64,000 nt of DNA from Calditrichia bacterium (GTDB lineage: Bacteria; Calditrichota; Calditrichia; JAJRVZ01). Numbering within the stretch: position 1 is the stretch's first letter; every line of letters begins with the position of its first letter. The stretch spans positions 768,001-832,000 of the forward strand of contig CAVZSQ010000022.1 of assembly GCA_963777955.1 (NCBI GenBank). Reading direction: 5' to 3'. A program made the translations under genes and the position numbers. Under the pieces are notes generated by a model. It had not been told where the DNA came from. It saw only the letters and a program-made list of their open reading frames with translations, and searched no databases. This document shows, piece by piece, positions 56,975 to 64,000 of this stretch.

Positions 56975-57061
56975 TGATTGTAGTAGCCTCCATACTTGAT
57001 AAAGGGCAAAGGTAGCCTCTATAACCCTCCCAATTAAAACATTTACCTTTGCCCTTTTTTT
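56975..57061 (+). ncRNA. Candidate small RNA ending in a strong intrinsic terminator
   Basis: Perfect 14-bp stem AAAGGGCAAAGGTA (57001-57014) / TACCTTTGCCCTTT (57044-57057) plus T-run; ECF-like GGAACT-17 nt-GTATT upstream; CCTCC motifs. Confidence 0.4.
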
Positions 57062-57206
57062 ATGCCTGAGTTAAATGAATTTAAAGTAGAAAGTTTATAA
57101 GCAGAAATTTCTCCGGTAGCGAAATAATATATTGTATCTCCGAGTTCGTATTATTAGTTTAGCGATACTCAAAAATTGCCTTTTTAATATCTGTTGAAGG
57201 ATTAAC

Positions 57207-57824
57207 GTGAATAAAATTATTGAGATTGATCCTGATCATCCCGGTTTACGGCTGGTAAAAAGTGCCGTGGATATTTTAAAGGATGGAGGAGTAATTTCAT
57301 ATCCAACCGATACGATTTATGGTTTGGGGGCAAATATTGAAATAAAGTCGGCGGTGGCACGAATCTATAAGATAAAAAAGATTTCCAATTATAAATTGTT
57401 GAGTTTCATCTGCCTGGATATAAAAGATATATCCAACTATGCCTATATTTCCAATCCGAGTTATAAGATCATGAAAAGGTGTTTGCCCGGACCCTTCACC
57501 TTCATCTTGCCGGCAACCAGCAGAACTCCCAAGTTACTGAACCAGAAACGCGGCACCGTGGGTATCCGTATTCCTAAAAACGAATTATGTCATCAACTGG
57601 TCAGGCTGCTGGGCAGGCCGATCATCAGTACCAGTGTTCCGGCCGGAGCAGATGAGGTGCTGAATGATCCTCTGGAAATCGAACGGCGTATCGGGGACCA
57701 GCTGGACCTGATACTGGACGGCGGACTGATCATTTCCCAGCCTTCCACGATTGTCGATCTGACGGGCCAGGAACCGGTTATTGCCAGGAAGGGTAAAGGG
57801 GATGTGGATTTGGTCTTTATGTAA
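57207..57824 (+). CDS. Sua5/YciO/YrdC family protein (threonylcarbamoyl-AMP synthase-like)
   Basis: YPTDTIYGLG, LPGPFTFIL, TVGIRIP, PIISTS, PSTIVDLT. Confidence 0.92.
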   Translation: MNKIIEIDPDHPGLRLVKSAVDILKDGGVISYPTDTIYGLGANIEIKSAVARIYKIKKISNYKLLSFICLDIKDISNYAYISNPSYKIMKRCLPGPFTFILPATSRTPKLLNQKRGTVGIRIPKNELCHQLVRLLGRPIISTSVPAGADEVLNDPLEIERRIGDQLDLILDGGLIISQPSTIVDLTGQEPVIARKGKGDVDLVFM

Positions 57825-57841
57825 ATGATATAAGAGCAGCA

Positions 57842-57958
57842 CAAAGAGACAAGAGACAGAGAAACAAAGAGACAAAGAGACAAGGCAAATATTAAAATTA
57901 CCATTAATTAGTATTCCTTGCCACTTTGTCTCTCTGTCTCTCTGTTCCTTTTGTCTCT
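57842..57958. repeat. Inverted pair of 8-bp tandem arrays (CAAAGAGA)n ... (TCTCTTTG)n
   Basis: caaagagacaagagacagagaaacaaagagacaaagagacaagg ... ccttgccactttgtctctctgtctctctgttccttttgtctct. Confidence 0.85.
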
Positions 57959-57991
57959 TACTTCTAATAATCCCAAATCCAGAATAGCATT

Positions 57992-58864
57992 ATGTCACAG
58001 ATCTACATCGGAACCTGCAGCTGGAAATACGACTCCTGGCGCGGACTGGTTTATTCCGATTCAACCAACCTGAATTACCTGGCCGAATATAGCCGTAGGT
58101 ACAACACTGTCGAAATCGATCAATGGTTCTGGTCCCTTTTTCCCGGAGGGAAATTAGTATTACCGAAACCGGCGGTGGTCCAGGAGTATGCGCAAGCTGT
58201 TCCCCGGGATTTTAAATTTACTGTTAAATTACCCAATAGCCTTGCTTTAACCCATTATTACCGCAAAGATAAAACGAAAGGATTGCAAGTTAATCCATTT
58301 TTTCTTTCAACCGATTTGTACAACCGCTTTATAGAGATCATGACTCCGCTGCACCAGCATATCGGTGTGCTGATGATGCAATTCGAATATTTAAATAAAC
58401 AGAAAATGCCGTCACAGCAGGAGTTTCTTGGTAAACTGGAACAGTTCGTCAGACAGATCGACCGCCGCAGGATTGCCCTGGCCATAGAAATACGTAATCC
58501 TAATTATTTAAATGACACTTATTTTAAATTTCTTAAAATATTAAAACTGAGTCATGTGTTTTTACAGGGTTATTATATGCCTGCGCTGTCTGACATATAC
58601 AGTCAATTTGCGGAGAAATTGATCTCACCGGTAATCATTCGATTGCATGGTCCCGACCGGAACAGTATCGAAGAAAAAAGCAGTGGGAGCTGGGACAAGA
58701 TTATCGAACCGCGCAATAAGGAAATATCACGGATTACGGAGATTATCGCTGATCTGAATGCACGGAAACTGGACGTATATGTAAATGTCAATAATCATTA
58801 CGAAGGTTCCGCGCCATTGACGATTGAGAAGATCCGCCAAAAAATTGCTGCAGCAGAGAAATGA
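57992..58864 (+). CDS. DUF72 family protein (TIM-barrel)
   Basis: IYIGTCSWKYDSWRGLVY, YNTVEID, FKFTVKLP, AIEIRN, IRLHG, VNVNNHYEGSAP. Confidence 0.9.
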   Translation: MSQIYIGTCSWKYDSWRGLVYSDSTNLNYLAEYSRRYNTVEIDQWFWSLFPGGKLVLPKPAVVQEYAQAVPRDFKFTVKLPNSLALTHYYRKDKTKGLQVNPFFLSTDLYNRFIEIMTPLHQHIGVLMMQFEYLNKQKMPSQQEFLGKLEQFVRQIDRRRIALAIEIRNPNYLNDTYFKFLKILKLSHVFLQGYYMPALSDIYSQFAEKLISPVIIRLHGPDRNSIEEKSSGSWDKIIEPRNKEISRITEIIADLNARKLDVYVNVNNHYEGSAPLTIEKIRQKIAAAEK

Positions 58865-59814
58865 AAACGATAATTTCCGCCTCGCGGCGGACGGATATTC
58901 CGGCATTTTATCTGGACTGGTTTAGCCAGGCGATCCGTGCCGGTAAAGTGCAGGTGCAGAACCCGCTGTATAAAGAACACCGGTATGAAGTCAACTTACT
59001 TCCCGGGCAGGTCGAATGGATCGTGTTCTGGTCCCGCAATTATCAGCGATTTTTAAAACGACGGGAAATTTTTGCCGATTACAATTTATTTTTTCATTTT
59101 ACCATTTTATCCCACCAGCGCCAGCTGGAGAAAACACAGCTTCCGCTGACCCGGGCAATCAACCAGGTTGAAAAATTAGCTGGTTATTACGGTCCACAGC
59201 GAATTATCTGGCGGTATGATCCTATTGTAATCTGGCAGGGGTCTTCCGGCATACATAGTAATTATTCGCCTGGTGAATTTGATAATCTGTGCCGCCGGAT
59301 GAGCGCTCTGGATATACGCAGATGCTATTTCAGTTTTGTGACACCCTACCGGAAATTCTTACAACGTTTTAAACAAAGATTTCCGGATCAACAACTGGTT
59401 GGTTATGAGCAATCTCCGGCTGTCAGGCAGCGTATACTGTCCGGCTTAATAGAAACGACGGCTAAATATCAGGTTGAATTGTATAGTTGCTGCGATGATA
59501 ATCTGGTTAACTCGTCCATAAAAAAGGGGCATTGCATCTCGGGAGAATTGCTGAACAGTTTGAATGGCAAAGCCCCGGTGAGCAGGGCAAAAGCACCTAC
59601 CCGCAGGGACTGCGGTTGTAGCAAATCAATCGATATTGGTGATTATATTCAGCAGCCGTGTTTTACAGGATGTATATACTGTTATGGTAATCCGGTTAAA
59701 CAAAGGGACAAAGAGACAAAGGGACAGAGAGACAAAGTAAAAGAAATCTTTGAGTCGCTATCTATAATTTTTTCCCTATGTCTCTTTGTCCCTTTGTCTC
59801 TTTGTCCCTTTTAA
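58861..59814 (+). CDS. DUF1848 family protein (C-terminal Cys cluster)
   Basis: IISASRRTDIPAFY, IVFWSRN, IWRYDPI, CGCSKSIDIG, CFTGCIYCY. Confidence 0.9.
   Translation: MKTIISASRRTDIPAFYLDWFSQAIRAGKVQVQNPLYKEHRYEVNLLPGQVEWIVFWSRNYQRFLKRREIFADYNLFFHFTILSHQRQLEKTQLPLTRAINQVEKLAGYYGPQRIIWRYDPIVIWQGSSGIHSNYSPGEFDNLCRRMSALDIRRCYFSFVTPYRKFLQRFKQRFPDQQLVGYEQSPAVRQRILSGLIETTAKYQVELYSCCDDNLVNSSIKKGHCISGELLNSLNGKAPVSRAKAPTRRDCGCSKSIDIGDYIQQPCFTGCIYCYGNPVKQRDKETKGQRDKVKEIFESLSIIFSLCLFVPLSLCPF
59701..59810. repeat. Inverted pair of 8-bp tandem arrays inside the 3' end of the DUF1848 ORF
   Basis: caaagggacaaagagacaaagggacagagagacaaag ... tccctatgtctctttgtccctttgtctctttgtccctt. Confidence 0.85.
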
Positions 59815-60395
59815 ATATCCAGATATCCCACCAGATCTTCGCGTTTACCCAGATGTACCAGCAGATCATCGTTATGCATCTGCTGGACTTTTTGTTTGGC
59901 GACCTGGACAGGATAGGTGTAACGGTAACAAAAATGCCAGATGTCTATAGATCCCAGTGCAATTTCGTACAGCAATGCTTCTTCAAAAGTGAATTTTGTG
60001 TCGTTGTTTAATTTTTCTTTGATCCGGCCGAAGGTTTCCTGTCCTTTTGGTTTGATATGCCTGACCGAGAACCAGAAATTTTCCTGTTTCATCAAATCAC
60101 AGATAGGAAATCCATTTTTATTGGGCAGGAAATGATGCAGAAAATCAATACTGACCCGGTAGGTGTTATCCTGATCCTGCCAAAGATCGGCCCAGACGGT
60201 ATAATCCATTTCCCTCAACCATTCGAAAAACTTTATTTCACTGTCCGGCAGGAGCATCATGGTATGACCATGAAAATGATTTTCGAGTAAGTGCACATTC
60301 TGCTCATTCAATTGATCCAGTTCTTCCCGGCTGAATTGCAGATATCCGGCGGTATTGAATTGTATTTCTTTTTCTTTAATCAATTCGGCTAACAT
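59811..60395 (-). CDS. Hypothetical protein
   Basis: 194-aa ORF downstream of ftcD in the same orientation; EIKFFEWL...GFPICDL. Confidence 0.7.
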   Translation of the reverse strand: MLAELIKEKEIQFNTAGYLQFSREELDQLNEQNVHLLENHFHGHTMMLLPDSEIKFFEWLREMDYTVWADLWQDQDNTYRVSIDFLHHFLPNKNGFPICDLMKQENFWFSVRHIKPKGQETFGRIKEKLNNDTKFTFEEALLYEIALGSIDIWHFCYRYTYPVQVAKQKVQQMHNDDLLVHLGKREDLVGYLDI

Positions 60396-60419
60396 GTAAA
60401 ACCTGTCATATCTGCTGAT

Positions 60420-62294
60420 CTATTCTTTGGAATCCTGATCTTGTGCAGCACTGCTGGCCCGGTTATGAATTTTTTCCTCTACCAGGGCTGTGATCTGGTT
60501 CAATTTTTTTTGAGCATCCGTTTCCAGTTTCCGGCAGGTGGCGATCATGTTCTGGTTATACTTCTGATCGGCGAGTTGCTGCAGATTGATCAGTACATTC
60601 AGGACAGCTCCCTTTACTCCGGCAAAAGCAAGATAGGCGCTGACCCCTGCATCGCTGACTGAGGCCGGATTACCTTTATCTGCCGCCAGATAGGCTAATT
60701 CAAGTGCTTCAAAGCAGTTGTGGGCTGTGGTCAACGGAACAGTAACGGCCTGTTTCAAGCCCTCCTGCATGGCCTGTTCCTTTTTCTGTTCATCCGCGGC
60801 ATTACGGGCAGGCAATTTGCTTGCCGCCAGGTAAGCATTGAAGGCATTGGTATCCTCATCTATGGCTTTGAGCAGCATATCTTTTAGTTCCTGGGCGCGT
60901 TCGGCGACCGGCCGAAGATCTTCTTCCACTGCTTCGCTGCCGCGTTTACCGATGGCCAGATTGGCCACCATAGAACTAAGGGCCGCAGCCAGGGCTCCGG
61001 CCAGAGCCGAAATGGATCCGCCTCCCGGTGCAGGGGATTCGCGTGATACCTCATCGGCAAAATCACAGAGTTTTAATTGCACCAGTTCAGCGGCGCTGTG
61101 CCGGGGCAGACCCAGCACACGCTTCTCAATGTTGAATTCAGTTTGATCCCGCAGTCCTAATGATTGAACGGCAATTTCCAGGATATCTCCTTGCGGAATG
61201 CCCGGGGAGCGTCCCTGTTTTCTTAAGTAGTACTTTCCGCTTTCCAGCAGGGCATCAAAAGGAACCATGCCCACCACTTCGCTGCCGGTCACCACCAGGC
61301 CGCGTTCAGCAGCCAGGCGGCGTGTCTCTTCCAGCACAGCATGCATAGGAGTTACTTTATAATCGGTCAGATTGATGGAGATCTGGGCTCGTTTGAATTG
61401 CGGCACCAGCCAGCCGATGGCTTTACACTGTTTGAATTTCCCGGGTTTTTTGACTGATTGTCCTTCCGGCTTCAGCTGATCAATTCCATTCAATTGCAGC
61501 AGCTCGCCCAGGTCGTAGTTGTGCAAATCGCTGCAGTGTTTGACCAGCTCCGGCATGGTTTTGGCATTAAAGTCACAGTTACCGCAGGGATAGGCGCTGG
61601 ATTTATATTTTAAAACTTCCTGACCTTTAAAATAGAAAGGTACGATATTTCCCCGGCGAACCGAACGTCCTTTTTCTCTCAACTCGAAGGCAAGGTCCGT
61701 GGCATATTTTACTTCACTGGTATTGAGATTGATGTTGTAGGCGATCAGGAATTCGCGTACGCCGATTGCCGTCGCACCGCTGCGGGAATTAAATTTGGCC
61801 GGACCGAAATCGGGTTTCCATTCCGCCTTTTTCAGTTTTTCAGGCAAGGCTTCGTATTCCCCCGCGCGGATATGGGCCAGATTACGGCGCTGATCTGTTC
61901 GCGCCGATTTTTCATATAGATAAACCGGGATATTCAATTCCTCTCCGACCCGGCGGGCGACTGCTTCACTCAGTTGAATACATTCCTCAGTGGAGATTCC
62001 GCTGACCGGAACAAACGGGCAGACATCGGTTGCACCCATACGGGGATGGGCGCCCTGGTGCCTGGCCATATCGATCAGTTCCGCTGCTTTTTTTATAACG
62101 TTGAAGGCAGCGGTTTGAACAGCGGCGGGAGTGCCGATGAAGGTGACCACGGTCCGGTTCATATCATACCCCGGATCGACATCCAGCAATTCAACTCCTT
62201 CTACTTTCTTGATCTCAGAAGTAATCTGATCGATGATGTTTTTATCCCGTCCCTCGGAAAAATTCGGTACGCATTCGATGATTTTTTCGGGCAT
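60420..62294 (-). CDS. ftcD: Glutamate formimidoyltransferase / formiminotetrahydrofolate cyclodeaminase with an inserted C2H2 zinc finger
   Basis: ECVPNFSEGR, NRTVVTF, HPRMGATDVCPFVP, IRAGEYE, LIAYNINL, SPAPGGGS, GNPASVSDAGV. Confidence 0.95.
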   Translation of the reverse strand: MPEKIIECVPNFSEGRDKNIIDQITSEIKKVEGVELLDVDPGYDMNRTVVTFIGTPAAVQTAAFNVIKKAAELIDMARHQGAHPRMGATDVCPFVPVSGISTEECIQLSEAVARRVGEELNIPVYLYEKSARTDQRRNLAHIRAGEYEALPEKLKKAEWKPDFGPAKFNSRSGATAIGVREFLIAYNINLNTSEVKYATDLAFELREKGRSVRRGNIVPFYFKGQEVLKYKSSAYPCGNCDFNAKTMPELVKHCSDLHNYDLGELLQLNGIDQLKPEGQSVKKPGKFKQCKAIGWLVPQFKRAQISINLTDYKVTPMHAVLEETRRLAAERGLVVTGSEVVGMVPFDALLESGKYYLRKQGRSPGIPQGDILEIAVQSLGLRDQTEFNIEKRVLGLPRHSAAELVQLKLCDFADEVSRESPAPGGGSISALAGALAAALSSMVANLAIGKRGSEAVEEDLRPVAERAQELKDMLLKAIDEDTNAFNAYLAASKLPARNAADEQKKEQAMQEGLKQAVTVPLTTAHNCFEALELAYLAADKGNPASVSDAGVSAYLAFAGVKGAVLNVLINLQQLADQKYNQNMIATCRKLETDAQKKLNQITALVEEKIHNRASSAAQDQDSKE

Positions 62295-62390
62295 GCCAGA
62301 CCTCAAGTTTGGTAAATCTGGTTTTAAAATAATTAATTCGGAGATAAATCTAAAGGAATTTTTAGAGAGGTCTTGATTAGTGAAGTATTT

Positions 62391-62580
62391 AACCCTTTCA
62401 GGGTAAATCTGGATCAGCTGAGATTCGTTCGGTCAGGGCGTTGCCCTGGCGTGTGATATTCAATCCTTACAGGATAAATTACGGGAAATTATGAGAATCC
62501 CGCAGGGATTCCATAAATCGGCCAGGAGCAACGCTCCTGGTAAATAAATCAAAATATTCGTATACCCCGAAGGGGTTTCA
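62391..62580. repeat. Cluster of six short palindromes (REP-like)
   Basis: ACCCTTTCAGGGT, CAGGGCGTTGCCCTG, ATCCTTACAGGAT, GAATCCCGCAGGGATTC, CCAGGAGCAACGCTCCTGG, ACCCCGAAGGGGT. Confidence 0.7.
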
Positions 62581-62634
62581 TAAAAAAGCAAGGGTCAATA
62601 GTAAATCAGGATGAATATAAAAGTAGAAACCGGA

Positions 62635-63764
62635 CTAATATTTCAGATATATTTTTCTAGTTACAATTGTTTTTTGTCCATGGTGCTGTGAATTTCCATT
62701 TACGGATTTTTTCAATGATACACTGCTTCAACATTTGTATTTTGTATATTTGTATCAATGACCTGCACATCTTCCACCAATCCCTGTCTGGTGATCGTAA
62801 ACTTTACTGTGATAAAATCTGTGCTATCTGGCTCGGCAGTACAAGTTAGACAGATCCGCCTGCTGTGCGGTTATTTGATTATTAATATTTTGATCATCAA
62901 TAGATGGATTTTCCTCCAGCTGCAGAGATACCAAATCCCCTGAGAACGATCTTATTCTGACTTGAATCAGCCTCTTTTAAATCACCGGGCAGTGGTGGAG
63001 GTTGTTCTGATTTCGTTGTAGTCCTTTCGTGCCGAGGTTCTGCAGAGATTTTGGTTTTGATTCAGCAACTCCGGACACAGGTTGTGGAGCCTCTGCTGCC
63101 AATTGTTGATCTTGCTCTTTTGCACCGGCGGTAATTTGGCCAACTGCAAGATCCTGTTGTTTTTCCATGGTCAGCGCGGTCGGCCGGATCTGCTCTCGTC
63201 AGTTTTACTGATTGGCTCCATAGTCTGTAAAACATCATTTGCCGCTATTCCTTCCTCTGCTCGGGTGCATGCTCTGCTGATGGAGGAACGCTTTCGGTCT
63301 TCTTGGCCCGGGCCGCAACTTTTCTTACTGTTGCAGACTCTATTAATGATTCAGTGGATTTTTCTTCGGCCGGAGTGCTGCGTTCTTGTACGGAATCTGC
63401 GGATGCTTTTTGACCGGGTAGCACAGCGGCTGGTTTGAGCTCGAGGTTGAAAGATCCGGAACTGGTAGTACAGCATCAGCGGAACCACAACGGCAACGAA
63501 CAAAAAGGCCGCATATCGCAGAATAGCATAGCGCATATCCTCCCGTGGCCGTGGGTCCTTGCGGATGGTTGAACGAACCTGGCTGCGGGCGAACTCGATT
63601 ACGCCACTGCACAGTGATTTTTCCAGTTGTACTTCCCGGGTATGTCTTTCACATTCGCGCAGATGTTGTTCAAATTGAGCGCGCATTTCACCCTGCAATT
63701 TCCCGCGTACATATTCTTCGACTAGGGACTCTCGATCTATTTGTTCACAGAATGGTTTATTCAT
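62635..63764 (-). CDS. Anti-sigma factor (zf-HC2-like N-terminus, TM helix) with TonB-C/AgmX-like C-terminal domain; heavily frameshifted
   Basis: EEYVRGKL...FEQHLRECERH, TM YAAFLFVAVVVPLMLYY; distal fragment ITVKFTITRQGLVEDVQVIDTN...KIRKWKF. Confidence 0.6.
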
Positions 63765-63780
63765 GAATAAACTCCATGGA

Positions 63781-64000
63781 TTAATGCAAAGCAGATTTGA
63801 TCAGAACTTCCAAATCTTTTTTGCATTGATACTTTTTTGATTTGGCCACATCTTCATTGGCCAGCCCGGTCAAGGCGGCAATCTCGGTCATGGATTTATC
63901 TTCATAATAATATAAGGTCATGATCTTTTGACACAGGGGTGAAAGCATTTCCAGACATTTTCTTACCATTGCTACCCGCTCTTTATCCTGAATTTCTTCA
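63781..64000 (-). CDS. ECF sigma factor, region 4 (5' part outside the window)
   Basis: LEMLSPLCQKIMTLYYYEDKSMTEIAALTGLANEDVAKSKKYQCKKDL; directly upstream of the anti-sigma gene. Confidence 0.85.
   Translation of the reverse strand, partial: EEIQDKERVAMVRKCLEMLSPLCQKIMTLYYYEDKSMTEIAALTGLANEDVAKSKKYQCKKDLEVLIKSALH

Noticed and set aside
56789..59810. CRISPR array
   Set aside because: Units are 8-bp tandem repeats without unique spacers, and no cas genes are present
497..62315. Numerous short antisense or alternate-frame ORFs in the track (e.g. 8867..9496, 11441..12055, 31785..32267, 49019..49591)
   Set aside because: They lie within well-supported genes and show no recognisable motifs; treated as shadow ORFs
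1..64000. Prophage, integrase, transposase, defence system, rRNA or tRNA genes
   Set aside because: No such protein motifs or RNA signatures were recognised by eye; tRNAscan-SE, barrnap and DefenseFinder would confirm

Overview
Bacterial chromosomal window, gene-dense and almost entirely on the + strand to ~50.9 kb. It combines housekeeping genes (prfB with the classical programmed +1 frameshift, lysS, lolE/lolD, recG, purE, accA, rsmB, ffh-rpsP-khpA-rimM-trmD-rplS, dapF, ftcD) with a rich envelope and secretion complement. That complement includes two PorV-family barrels, a C25 (PorU/gingipain-like) protein, four proteins with T9SS/FlgD-type C-terminal sorting domains, and glycosylation genes (GT2, rmlC, two rmlD, a DUF2723/TMEM260-like transferase, a flippase-like protein, a polyprenol-P-mannose synthase, manC). 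T9SS-type genes together with strong Shine-Dalgarno usage suggest an FCB-allied, non-Bacteroidota lineage such as Calditrichota/KSB1 (inference). Many genes, including essential ones, are broken by single-base indels (mostly +1 insertions), which I read as long-read sequencing error rather than pseudogenisation. Best leads: (1) a porV operon pairing a catalytically dead M6-like protease with a zincin/PD40/beta-barrel protein and two paralogous membrane proteins; (2) a canonical C2H2 zinc finger inserted in FtcD; (3) a possible TMEM260-like protein O-mannosylation pathway; (4) 8-bp tandem-repeat hairpin elements around sua5/DUF72/DUF1848; (5) a candidate ECF-driven anti-SD sRNA and a structured porV leader. 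No rRNA, tRNA, CRISPR array or transposase was recognised.
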